Of a DNA stretch of 64,000 bases, positions 26,546-39,175 are shown in pieces (positions within the stretch are counted from its first letter, which is position 1; each line of letters begins with the position of its first letter). The DNA comes from Lama glama (Eukaryota). The translations under genes and the position numbers were made by a program. The stretch spans positions 94,366,001 through 94,430,000 of the forward strand of contig CM052817.1 in the NCBI GenBank assembly GCA_028534125.1, given 5' to 3'. The notes beneath the pieces are model-generated. The model was not told where the DNA came from. It saw only the letters and a list, made by a program, of their open reading frames with translations, and did not search any database.

Positions 26546-27794
26546 AAACTGGACAGCTGCATGTAAATCAATGAAGTTAGAACACTATCTCACACCATAC
26601 ACAAAAATAAACTAAAAATGGCTTGAAGACTTACACATAAGACAAGACGCTATAAACCTCTTAGAAGAAAACGTAGGAAAAACATTCTCTGACATAAATC
26701 TCAGCAATGATCTCCTAGCGCAGTCTACCCAGGCAATAGAAATAAAAGCAAAAATTAACAAATGGGACCTAATCAAGCTTATAAGCTTTTGCACAGCAAA
26801 GGAAAGCATAAGGAAAAAAAAAGACAACCTATATAATGGGAGAAAATATTTGCAAAAAGATGAGACTGACAAGAGCTTAATTTCCAGAATATATAAACAG
26901 CTCATACAACTTAATAACAAAAAACCAAACAACCCAATCAAAAAATGGGCAGAAGACCTAAACAAGCAATTCTCTATTGAAGACATACAAATGGCCAATA
27001 GACACATGAAAAAATGCTCAGTATTGCTATTTATCAGAGAAATGCAAGTCAAAACTACAATGAGGTATCACCTCACACTAGTCAGAATGGCCATCATTCA
27101 AAAGTCCACACATAATAAATGCTGGAGAGGGTGTGGAGAAAAGGGAACCCTCCTACACTGCTAGGTGGGAATGTCGTTTGATGCAGTCATGATGAAAAAC
27201 AACATGGAGATTCCTCAAAAAACTAAAAATAGACTTACCATATGATCCAGCAATCCTACTCCTGGGCATATATCCAGAGGGAACCTTAATTCAAAAAGAT
27301 ACATGCACCCCAGTGTTCATAGCAGCACTATATACAATGGCCAAGACATGGAAATAACCTAAATGTCAATTCCAGATGACTGGATAAAGACCTATGATAT
27401 ATTTTATACAATGGAATACAACTCGGCCATAAAAAAGAATAAAATAGTGTAATTTGCAGCAACATGGATTGACCTGGGGAATGTCATTCTAAGTGAAGTA
27501 AGCCAGAAAGAGAAAAATACCATATGATATCACTTATATGCAGAACCTAAAAAAAAAGAGACAAACTTATTTATAAAACAGAAACAGACATGGAAACGAA
27601 CTTATGGTTAGCAGCAGGGGAAGTGGGAAAGGAATAAATTGGGAGTTCGAGATTTTCAGGTATTAACTAATATATATAAAATAGATAAACAACAAGTTTA
27701 TATTATATAGCACAGGGAACTGTATTCAATATCTTATAGGAATTTATGGTAAAAAATATGAAAACAAATATATGTATGTTTATGTGAAAAAAAT
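26546..27794 (+). mobile_element. 1.25-kb 5'-truncated L1 (ORF2 C-terminus + 3'UTR) with 13-bp TSD
   Basis: ORF2 remnant ([10 protein letters not shown]...HMKKCS...TTMRYHLT...[14 protein letters not shown]). TSD aataaattgccca at 26533-26545 and 27795-27807. Confidence 0.93.
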
Positions 27795-28052
27795 AATAAA
27801 TTGCCCACAATGGAGTCATGATTTATCATTAGCTAGAAGACACAGATGCTGTGAATTCCAGCTCCACCCACCAGACTAATGGGTGAGATGAGGCAGCAAG
27901 AGGGTCGTGGTCCTCAGTATTCTGGAGAGCCAGTGACTGACTAGGTAAGCGCCACATCCAGGTGCATAATCTGTGCTTAGTCTCATTTATTTCTTATTCA
28001 CGCTTCTGATTACAATTACAACTTACACTCATTTCCAAAATATTTATTTGGT

Positions 28053-28162
28053 TATATCTTTTTTTCTTTTTTGGTGGGGGAGGTAATTAGGTTTGTTTAT
28101 TTATTTTTAATGGAGGTTCTAGGGATTGAACCCAGGACCTCGTGCATGTTAGGCAGGCACTC
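28053..28162 (-). mobile_element. 5'-truncated Vic-1-like SINE with 9-bp TSD
   Basis: B box and tail present, A box missing. TSD ttatttggt at 28044-28052 and 28163-28171. Confidence 0.85.
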
Positions 28163-29104
28163 TTATTTGGTGCACTCTTAATGAAACTTTTCTTTCAGAC
28201 ATTCTTCCCTATCTTTTGAGACTGTTATGAGGATCAAACGTGATAATGTATGCGGAAGTTTTGGAAAAGTCTGAGTTTCTCTAAACCCAAGTTTGCAGGG
28301 ATCTGAGTGGGAAGAGAGCCTTCTCCACCGGCAGAGGTCATGGAGGGAGGGGCATCTGGGCAGCAAGCTGGCCAGCTGGGCACATCCTTCTATTAGGTTA
28401 AACCACAGGAAACCATGTTTTCTTCAGGTCAAAAATGGCTATACAAAATGAGCAATTTTGTATAGCTCAACTGGATATGTAGAGAGGCAGCAGAGCACAG
28501 TGGGAAGGGACCCAGACTCAGGTCAGAGTGAGGCTACAGAGAAAACATATCAACGTATTATGTCCCAGCTCGGACAAACAATCATATTACTTAGCCTAAG
28601 TCAGTGTATCTTGACAAATTAAACGTGAGCTGTAAGCCTTCCAGAGCTCCTAGCACAGGTGAGGAGGAGAACGAGTTGTCCGGCAGGCACAGCAACGATC
28701 TGGGTACAGAGGTTCACTGGCACATTTGAGGTATGATCTTAACCTCGGCTGCATATATAAAGGAGTCCTTTCATATCCATTATCTCATGTGAAAATCCAA
28801 TCAGTACGACAACCTTGAAGGGGAGCAATCACACCTGACATTACACAGATGAAGCACCTGCGGTTCAGTAACTTTGCCTCACCTGCGGTCACAGAGCTAG
28901 TCAATAAATTAAGAAATATGCAAAGCCCGCCCCGATCTGGGTCCTCTCCACCTCTCCATCATCTCCGACTCTCCTGCTGCCTTGGAATCTAGAAGCTAAC
29001 TGTACTAAGCTATGCACGGTTTGCCAAGCTCGTGGTGCTGTTTCTGAAATCAGCTCTGAAAACCCTTATTCATCCTTCAAGGCCCAGATTGGGCATTGCT
29101 TCTT

Positions 29105-29319
29105 TTTTTAAAAACTGAATTACAGTCCGTTTACAATGTTGTGTTAGTTTCCTGTAGCCGAGTGGTTTGGTTATACATATATATATTCCTTTTCATTATA
29201 GGCTGTGACAAGGTTTTGACTATAGTTTCCTGTGCTGTACAGGAGGACCTTGTTGTCTATCTGTTTTATATATACTAGTATCTGCAAATCCTGAACTCCT
29301 AATTTATCCCTCCACCCCC
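29105..29319 (-). mobile_element. Short L1 3' end with perfect 15-bp TSD
   Basis: TSD tgggcattgcttctt at 29090-29104 and 29320-29334. Confidence 0.9.
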
Positions 29320-32300
29320 TGGGCATTGCTTCTTGATGAAACTTCCCTGGGCAGTGGCTCACCTCTGCCCCTGATGCACATCCTTCCTTGGTACTGCCTC
29401 TCACAGTACTGCAGTTAACTGTCCCCACATCTGACTCTCTTTCTATATTCGGAGCCGATTGCTCGTATCTCTTCATCGAGCAGTCCCTAGCACGTAGCAC
29501 GCTTCCCAGCACATGACTGGGACTCAATGAGTACCTGCTGAATAATATCTCCTGGAGGAAAAATCTGACCTAAATGTAGCTTTAGAGAATAAAATGAGCA
29601 CTGCTAATAATTTAACCTATGTACAATCTGTAAATATATTACTTCTATGACCTTGTTTCATAAGAATGTGGCTAATGGTTTAAAAAATGTAGTAATACCA
29701 CAGTATAAAGCCGGAGTTTTATTCTAGTTAGAAACAGAGCCAGGACCGGCACCCCAGGCTTTAGATTTTTAGTTTGCAGCTTTCCTTCCACAGAATACTT
29801 TGTATACAGGCTGAGAAACCCTCTTTTCATCTGAGGGCCCTATTCTAGAGAAATCTTTTTAAAAATGATCAAACGATGCTTTACATTTCCAGAGTACCTA
29901 TTATTTAAGTATTTCCCCATGGTCCAGCATTCCTCTCATGTTTTAGAAATTGATCCTGTAACACTGGTCATGTAAGTTTGTGCTTGGTTGGCATTAGAAA
30001 TGAGATAAAGAAAGGAAGGAAGGAAGGAAGGAAGGAGGAAAAGGACTATGTCTTTAAAAACCCTAATACACTGCACACCTTGGGAAGATGTGACCCCTTA
30101 CCAAACCAAGCCCCTGGAGTTCCTTATAGGTGTCCAGCAACAGGGCACAGCTCCCAGTGGGGCTAGGCTAATGTCAATATCAAGAGGCTCTGAAATAGTG
30201 GGTGTAACACCCAGAATCACTTATTCTCCTAAGAAGAAACAGATACATATTACATCCCACCCCAACTTACATACCTAGTATGCTCAAAGAAGATATGAGA
30301 CAGCTCCGAGAGACATTTGACTGGTAAATGTGAGAAAAGGAGGAGCCACCTGAAGGTCCACATGAAGAAAAGGAAATCAAAGGGAAGCCTTGTGTTCTGC
30401 TGATTAAAGGCCAGATTTTAGAGCCAAGTGTATGGACACACTTTTGTAAGTGAGCTTGGCCAAACCTTGGAGCCATCCAACAAACCTCTAAGTGAATGGA
30501 GGATGACCTCTGATTGAAGTTCTTCTTGAGGTTTGACAAAACAGTAATTAGGGAAGGAAGGTTGGAAGTTAAAGTAAACCACAGCCCAGCTCTGTAGTAA
30601 TCATCTCCATTGTTCATCAGCACTTTACAAAAATGATCAAGCCAGGGAGCTGACAGATGTCATCAGCCTAGTTCTTGGCAAGCACATATCAGACGAAGAG
30701 TATACACTGAGCTTTTCTTTCCAGGGGAAGCATTCTACCTGTCAGCAATTCCTTTCTGCCAGACCACAAATCAGCAATTGCTACATAAATGAAGAGCTTC
30801 CACTCAACTTACAAACTCTCAGGTAGAATATTCATTTTCTCAAAAGAAAGATGCCTTTTTTAATAGCACAAGCTCTAAACGATGCCAGTGGGTTCTACCA
30901 AAGTGATCAAATGTCAAATTCATAAATCTTATGGGCCATTAAGGAAAATGGAAATTGAATGATGCAATGGATTGGCAAGAATAAAAAAATGGCAGAAGAG
31001 GTCACAGCTAATAGGTTCACGACAGACTGAACCCCAGATACTGCTTGTATGAATGGCAGAGGAAAAATCAGTTTAAAAATAACTAAAGATATATTTTATT
31101 AAAACACAAGTTGTTTTGAATCCTTTGGATTATATGTATTATTTTATGAATGATGCTGCTGCATAATTTGACATAGGATAGTATTATATAATGATCAGGG
31201 GACATTTAACATGGAAAGAAATGTTGTAGCACATACACGGGGCCAAACACACATGGGATAGTCTAGGTGTCCTGTCTCTCTGTGTCTTTCCTTTACTCTT
31301 TTTCCCTTCCTGGTGTGTGTGTGCACATGCGCACTTGTGTACTTTCCCAAAACTCCTTCTCCTCTTTCTTGTGCCTGGCCCCTCTCCCAGGTATCTGCCT
31401 CTCCTGTATTTCTATTTCTTTTTGTGTATATATGAGCTCTTTCCAGCTTCTGGAAGATTAGTTAGTATTTGTATACAATCTCTTTTTAAAATTTAAAACA
31501 GAAAGAATGATTATTTAATAAGCAGCATCTACAAAATGGCTTCTTAATTGGCTCTTTGCTTTATCCCAAATCACACCTAGCAGTTCCCTTGACATTTGTG
31601 GTAAAATCTCAATGTAAATTTCTCACATCTTTCATTGAACAAAGAAACAAAAATGGGCATGACCTCCAAAGTCATTCCTGGTCTTTGGGTCCACGGTTCT
31701 AAGTAAGCATAATAATAACAGCAGTAGTAATCATTTCCATAATTTTGCTCTTTTTTTAAATAACAAAATAAAAGCCCAGTCTGGAAAGCATAGAATTTCT
31801 GTTTAAAAGCGTTTCTTGGAGCTTTAAGAAAAAGAAACATTTTCCTACTAAGAGTGTATGAACCGCATGCTCCAAGCTATGGAAAAAATATATGGCTGCC
31901 CCTTAAGCCAAGGTCCTGTCTCTGCCCAGCATGGAGTTGCCAGTTATAGTAGAGTAAGTGGCTTTTTGATTTCTCCAGGCAGGCTCAGGCAGAAGTCATG
32001 AATCAAGAATTAAAATATACTATTTCTGTCAAGACTCTCCTTTCTACAATTATTATTTTCATAATTTCCCAGATACTGACTTCTGTCTACATATCAATAA
32101 TGGGTAACATGCAGACTGGAAATAATACCACTGGAAAAAAGAGGAGAAATACTTCTTGAGACTTCTCAAGCAGCCTGTGTGCATGAGATTCTAGGAGGCT
32201 GACGTTGTCTGCTCCCAGAAGAGGGTAACTCAGCACTTAGGGAGGCTGGTGAGACCATCAGTGACAGCATGGACTTTTGCTAGGGGTGAGTGAAGACGTC

Positions 32301-32454
32301 AGTGGTCTCTGGAACTGCTTACCAGCTCTTCTAAACTCCCCTAGTAATCAAGCCTAAGAAAGAGGCACTGATTTACCCTGACTGTCTTTTCATCAAGTGA
32401 GGGTACTTCTATCTGCTTCAGGAATGATTACAACTTTTTGACAGAACCATCACT

Positions 32455-33370
32455 ATGACAGTTAATTTTGTGTCAACTTGGCCAAGATACGGTGCCCAGT
32501 TGTTTGGTCAAACTCTAGACTAGATATTGCTATGATTTTGTAGATGTGATTAAGACATCAGTTGACTTAAAGAATATTTATTACATGCTTCAGATGTACA
32601 ACAAAGTGACTCAGTCTTATATATATATGTATATATGCTTTTTCAGATTCTTTTCAATTACAGGTTATTACAAGATACTAAATATAGTTTCCTGGGCTGT
32701 ACAGTAGGTCCCTGCTGTTTATTTTATATATAGTAATGTATATCTATTAATCCCAAGTTCCAAATTCATCCCCCCTTTCCCCTTTGGTAACCATAAGTTT
32801 GTTTTCTATGTCTGTGAATCTATTTCTGTTTTGTAAATATATTCATTTGTATTTTTTTTAGATTCTATATATAGTGATATCATATGGTACTTGTCTTTCT
32901 CTGTCTGACTTATTTCACTTAGTATGATCATCTCTAGGTCCATCCATGTTGCTGCAAATGGCATTATTCTATCCTTTTTTATGGCTGAGTAGTATTCCAC
33001 TATATATGTATATTTATACACATATATATGTATATATATACACCTCACCTTTATCCATTCATCTTTTGATGGACATTTAGGCTGCTTCCATGTTTGGGCT
33101 ATTGTAAATAGTGCTGCTATTCAGTTGATGTTAAGTGAAGTATAACATGGGTAGATTTCATCCAATCAGTTGAAAATAAAATGAGCACAGACAGAGGTTT
33201 CTCCCAGGCAGAAGCAATTCTGCCTCAAGACTGCAACAGAGAAACCCCTGCCTAAGCTTCCTGCCTGCTGGCCTGCCCTGCAAATTCAGATTCACCAGTT
33301 CCACAACTGCGTGAGCCAATAAATAAATCTCCATCTCTGTCTCTGTTTCTCTTTTTCTCTCTCTCTCACT

Positions 33371-33401
<31 letters not shown>

Positions 33402-33453
33402 TCTCACACATCCCTCCTACTGTTCTGTTTCTCTGGAGTACTCTATCTAATAC
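32455..33453 (+). mobile_element. MLT2-like (ERVL) LTR interrupted by an L1; contains a (TC)n(CA)14 tract
   Basis: gttaattttgtgtcaacttg...ggtgcccag..tttggtcaaac start; catccaatcagttgaa; end ttctgtttctctggag...ctaataca. Confidence 0.8.
32572..33120 (-). mobile_element. L1 3' fragment inside the MLT2 LTR
   Basis: Minus-strand remnant EYYSAIKKDRIMPFAATWMDLE; tcagttga shared on both flanks. Confidence 0.88.
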
Positions 33454-34143
33454 AGTCACCATGATATTCCCCTCCACCTCTTTTTTCTCTTATACATTAA
33501 ACTTTTCTAAAACTTTTCTAGATTCAGGCATCTCCTAACATGTCCTGCCATAGGTACTTATGATCACATTTACACATTCAGACCCTGTCTTCCTGTTTCA
33601 TTTGCTTGTTTTAATTAAGTCAGAAGTATTTAGCACACAGGTTTTGTAGCAGAAACTCTCTGTAGGGAGAATCCTTTCCCTTCCCCAGTGAGAGAGAGAA
33701 AACACTTTACTGCTAGCTAATTTGCAGAGAGCTGTCAGGATTCTTTAAAATCAGATCAATCATGAAAGAAAACTTAATGGGTGGAAAAGAAAAATAAATC
33801 TCTGTTTATAAAACCAATTGAACATTTAGAACTTCTTCAAAATGGTAGAAAAGATTAGAAATATCATACAAAGACTTAGCAGTGTTTTTATATAAAATAT
33901 ACCTAACATCCATTCAAAGATGCTACAGAGGAAAAATGTGAGTTGCAAGAGTGATACATTAGCAAGCATTACATCAAATGTTGTGTTGGGATATACATCC
34001 TGGTGTATTTTCTGGAGCTAAGAATTCATTGTTTGTTTGAACTTAAAATTCTGTGGCTTACGAATCTTAAGTCTTACAAAGTAGAGCCAAGTTTTCATTT
34101 TAGTTAGGATAGTTAAATTAGGTTCCTGGACCCAGTTCTAACA

Positions 34144-35061
34144 TGTAGCGGGTGATGGCTTTCCACATAACACCAAGCAATTCTCAGATACCAGCAGGGT
34201 GTGCTAAAATTCAGTTTTGATACTATCTACTCAGAGATGGCATCAGATTCCACAGGTTAAGGGTCCAGTCCTACAAGACTGCCTGCCCCTACTCCCACCT
34301 CCCCCACTTCAGATGCCAGTCTGTCGTTACCTGTGCTGTTGACCAACTAGCTATAGATTGAAAATTCTGACAACCCCCTTCCTTGGCAACTCAATTCAGA
34401 AACCAGTCAGAAGCCAGTCTGTTACTGGTACTTCTGATGAACAGGTTATAATTCCCAGGGAACTCAACAGGTTCCCAAGCCCTCTCCTCAAATCTGACTG
34501 ATCTGCTAGAGCAGCTCATAGAACTCATAGAAACATTTTACTTACTTGATTACTGGTGATTACAAAAGAATGTAGTTCAGGAACAGCCAGATGGAAGAGA
34601 CACATAGGGCAAGGTATGGGGAAAGGGTGCTGTGAGCTTCCGTGCTCTCTCCAGATGCGCCACTGTCCCCAAATCTCCATGTGTTCACCAACCTGGAAGC
34701 TCTCTGAACCCAGGCCTTTTGTAAGCTTCATTATATAGGCACGCTTGATTAAATCATCGGTCACTGATGACTGAGTCAACCTCCAGTCCCTCTCTCCTCC
34801 CCAGAGGTGGTGGGTTAGGGGAGGGTGGGGTGGGAATGGCAGTAAGACTGAAAGTTCCAACCCTCTCATCATCTGGTTGGTTCTCCTGACAACCATCCCC
34901 CATTATTAGGTACTTTCCGAAAGACACTCCATTCACATCATTCTCAACACTTAGGAGAGCTGTGAGCCACGATCTGTGGGTGAAAACCAAATATGTAGGA
35001 GAAATGTATTTTGGTTACCTGAATGACCAAATACATACTTCTTACCAACCATAATATTGCA
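34144..35061 (-). mobile_element. MER21-like LTR
   Basis: Reverse-complement similarity to 11408-12233 (ggaacagccagatg, acctggaagctctctga, ccccacttcagatgcc). Confidence 0.75.
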
Positions 35062-35400
35062 GTAGTGAAACAAGGGAATGCTATTTATTAAAAAAAATTG
35101 TAAGAGTGAGATTCCATGCCTGTTAAATTTCACTACAGAATTCTAAACGGATTCTGTTGCAATGGTAGGTTCTGTCTTCCTGGTATGAAAATTTTAACAG
35201 TCATATCTGATCTGCAGGAGCAACTTCCAACTCACTGAATCTAAACTCTCTTTAGTCACACTTATAGTCCACACCCTATGATCTTCCCATGCTCTGCTCA
35301 TCTTGTTCATCAGACAGCCTTCTGATCAGCATTCAGCTTTCTAGAAACCTCTGCATTCCTCCGGACACCATTCATGGCACAAAAGGAAGCTAGTTGGTGG

Positions 35401-36132
35401 TGTTCCATACAGATGGGTTACGCTGTTTCTATCCCTGTTCCTAATCATTGCTGTTGTCATGTCAATTGCTAACAAAGTCACAGATGCTATCCCAGAGTCA
35501 CTGTTCCATCAGTTCACATGTCTGACGATTCTCCAACAAAAGGAGTTCGGAGTGACTGATAAAGACTATGACATTGTGTGTAATTAGCCCCCTCATCAAA
35601 ATAGTGACATAGACCTGAAAGCTGGATAATTTGCCTATCTTATAGTCACCTCATTTTGTCAGTGGGGGGTGAGGGGACTGCAAAAGAACTTTCCACTTGC
35701 AGCAGCTCTTGCCTAAGAGATATCAAAACTGGATGCTGTACCGGCCACAGTTGTTTCTAACCAGCCATAGCGGATAAACTGCTATGAACTTAAAGCTCCC
35801 ACCAGCCAAAGATAATCAGTGACTTTGGCGTGCTCGACCCTCGCCAGGCCCAAATGAAGAGACTTCCATGGTCTCTGAACAGTGGGACTTGTTTTATCTA
35901 TAATATCAGTACCAGGGAATCATTCCACCTGCTGCTGTGTGCAGCCCTTAAATAGCATAATCACGATGAACTTCCTCTTTCTGAGATATACTGGTCCCCG
36001 ACTCTTCTTCCCAGGGAACCACTCTGAATTTCTTTACTGGTGTGTATTTCCTTTCCTGTCACGTCAATAAACTCAGTGCTGTTTTTTTTTTTTAATCACT
36101 GCAGTGGTCTGAGCATCTTTTGATAATTTCCA
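35401..36132 (+). mobile_element. Probable old ERVL-type LTR (MER76/MER54-like, family uncertain)
   Basis: TG...CA ends, TATA-like cttaaatag near 35947, AATAAA at 36066 followed by a U5-like tail. No clear TSD. Confidence 0.5.
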
Positions 36133-36879
36133 TGTTTCTATATTGCTTACTATTTAAATTCTATCTTTTCTTTCTTTTTCTTTTTTTTTTTTTGCCAGAA
36201 GCACAGATAAGTAAGTCCACAGTGCTAAACAAAGACTTCAGAAACAGCAAATTCCTCAAGAGGTTTTTAAAACACATCCCATTTTCCCTTTTAAAAGTGT
36301 CGCTAGTTTTACTCTGTCACAGACTTTACAAGCAAATAGTTAATGGTTCATCTATTAGACGGTTTCTCTAACTATTGTTAATTGAATTTCTTAAAGCATT
36401 TGGCTTGCTGTACATGAATCAAGAAAGATACAGACTTCTGATTTCCTAAAAAATCTGTAGGAGCTGAGGGGATAGGTGGAAACACGTAACAAAAGACCAA
36501 CATGGCAATTCTTAAATACTCAATGACTTCAGATAAGATGGTCCAGAGTTTCACTGGCATCACCCAATGCCCTTGATGGGGATGTGGAAATGCCGAGGCA
36601 CAGAACAGGATGCTGCAGCTGAGGGGTGGGGAGTGCCTTAAAATTCATTTGCTAACTGAGAGTAATTTAGCTTTCAGTTCAGTGGATACTGATTAGTAAA
36701 GTGGTCACATAAAATGCTATAAATCTATTTCTTTTATTAATGAGTTGTTGATCAGACCCTTGAAAAGATCTCGCTTCTACATTAATTGGAACTGTGTGCA
36801 TCCAAGGAGAGCATCAGAAAATATTTTGACTTGTGAGAAAGTAATTTCTGTCTCTACTTCTTAAAGGATGAAGGGGGAG

Positions 36880-37379
36880 NNNNNNNNNNNNNNNNNNNNN
36901 NNNNNNNNNNNNNNNNNNNNNNNNNNNNNNNNNNNNNNNNNNNNNNNNNNNNNNNNNNNNNNNNNNNNNNNNNNNNNNNNNNNNNNNNNNNNNNNNNNNN
37001 NNNNNNNNNNNNNNNNNNNNNNNNNNNNNNNNNNNNNNNNNNNNNNNNNNNNNNNNNNNNNNNNNNNNNNNNNNNNNNNNNNNNNNNNNNNNNNNNNNNN
37101 NNNNNNNNNNNNNNNNNNNNNNNNNNNNNNNNNNNNNNNNNNNNNNNNNNNNNNNNNNNNNNNNNNNNNNNNNNNNNNNNNNNNNNNNNNNNNNNNNNNN
37201 NNNNNNNNNNNNNNNNNNNNNNNNNNNNNNNNNNNNNNNNNNNNNNNNNNNNNNNNNNNNNNNNNNNNNNNNNNNNNNNNNNNNNNNNNNNNNNNNNNNN
37301 NNNNNNNNNNNNNNNNNNNNNNNNNNNNNNNNNNNNNNNNNNNNNNNNNNNNNNNNNNNNNNNNNNNNNNNNNNNNNNN
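36880..37379. other. Assembly gap (exactly 500 N) in FREM3 intron 2
   Basis: Run of N; the round length suggests a placeholder of unknown true size. Confidence 0.99.
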
Positions 37380-37444
37380 TTTTAAATTTTTGTGTTTGCT
37401 TGCAATTTATTCTCTACACTGCCAAAGTATGTGTGCAGAGTATG

Positions 37445-37600
37445 TGGTGATAACCTCTAGGTCCTTCCATGTTGCTGCAAATGGCAATATTTCATCTTTT
37501 TATGGCTGAGTAGTATTCCATTGTATATATATTCCATAACTTCTTTATTCAGTCATCTGTAAATGGGCATTTGGGTTGTTTCCATGTCTTGGCTATTGCA
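37445..37600 (-). mobile_element. L1 fragment next to the gap
   Basis: ctctaggtcc..ccatgttgctgcaaatggc...tatggctgagtagtattccattg. Confidence 0.8.
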
Positions 37601-38654
37601 AAAAATCTAAGCTGACTCTTAATTTAGCATTTACCGTGCCTTTTAATTTATCCCCCATTGGACTGTAAGTTCCTTGAGAGCAGGGATTCTGTCTTTTTTC
37701 CTGTCATATCCCATGTGCCTGGCATAGGGCAGGAATAGATATGTTAATGGAATGAATGATGCTATAGTCAAGTCAGAACAGTACCATGCCTTTTCTGAAA
37801 TCTGAGTCCAAGTTCTAACTATGTGTTTCTTTCCATACTTGAAGATTGTATTTTGAATTCTGAACACTGAAATTGAGTAAGTGGTTAAAAAATTTTTCTT
37901 ATTTAAAACACAGAAGTTAGATGAAACCGTATAGAGGTGACACAGCAATGCTAACAGTAAGGTACTGTTTTAATGGTTACAGGGTTTCTGTTTAGGATGA
38001 TGAAAATAGATACTGGTGACAGTTGCATTTTGTGAATGAATGTGTTTCATAAAGTTTTACATTGACTATAGTTCTACACAAGGGATGCAAATTGTTGAAA
38101 CTCCACATTTTTCTCTCTTTACAGAATGCCAATAGAACTGCTTGATCAGATCAACCATATCTCAGGAACTATCTGGCTTTTCAAAGTGTTCTCATCTAAC
38201 TAGCCCTTATGCTCTGGTATAGTAAAGGCCTGAACTTATATTTATCCACTGAATTGCATATTATGTTTTCTCAGCATATGTCTGTTGGTAAAACTGCGTA
38301 TTATGTTACCAACCAGGAAAACTTGGTTCTGAAAGCATTTTTTATTAGTCTAGCTCATCCATACTGCACTTCCAAGAAAATGCAAAATCACTATTTTTGT
38401 AATGATTGTTCAATTACAGTTCCTGACACCAAACACCTGCCAGGATTTTACAGATTTAAATAATTTTGCCTTAGAGGAAAGAGAAGGCAGTGTGCAGTGG
38501 TTCTGGTCCTTTTTTTGTGCGATAGAAGCCTTGTGGCAGCCTGGGGAAGCCTCTGGTCCCCTTCTTAGAACAATATCTCTAAATGCACACAAGACGAGGC
38601 ATAGAATTATGCAAAACCCAATTATACAGTTATCGGAATATTAAAAGAAATTTC

Positions 38655-38905
38655 TGCAGCTGCTACGGAAACCAGTTGGGCAGATACTAAAAAAAGGTAA
38701 ACATAAAATAAGCATATGAGACCCAGCAATTCCACTTTTAAGTACAGACCTAAAGAAACTGAAAGCAGGGACTTGAACAGACTCTTGTACGTCATTGTTC
38801 ATTACAGCCTTATTCACAAGAGCTAAAAGGTGGAAACCACCCACGTATTCATCCACAGGGGAATGGATAGATAAAACGTGGCATATACACACAATGGAAT
38901 AATAA
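38655..38905 (+). mobile_element. Old L1 ORF2-end fragment
   Basis: gacccagcaattccact...aaagaaactgaaagcagggacttgaacaga...gaatggatagataaa. Confidence 0.75.
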
Positions 38906-39094
38906 TGTGTCATCTGTTACAAGTCTTCCCTGAAAGAGTCATTTAAACCAGTAGTTATAGCCAGCAACTTAAAAAAAATATATAGTCATTGGCTCAAGAA
39001 ACTCATTTCCTTTTTCCCTAATTCCTTGCCAACTGGTGCATACTTTTCTTTTCACAGGAAGCAGAGACAAAAGGCCATTTTTAGTCCATGTAAC

Positions 39095-39175
39095 TTTTTA
39101 AAAAATGGAGGCACTGGGCATTGAAACCAGGGCACTGTGCATGCTAAGCACGTGCTCTACCGCTGAGCTGTATCC
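39095..39175 (-). mobile_element. Vic-1-like SINE
   Basis: aatggaggcactgggcattgaaacc...catgctaagcacgtgctctaccgctgagct. Confidence 0.8.

Noticed and set aside
26612..27164. 146-aa and 104-aa ORFs
   Set aside because: Antisense and sense remnants of L1 ORF2, not host genes.
36868..37509. 213-aa ORF
   Set aside because: Artefact of translating through the N gap.
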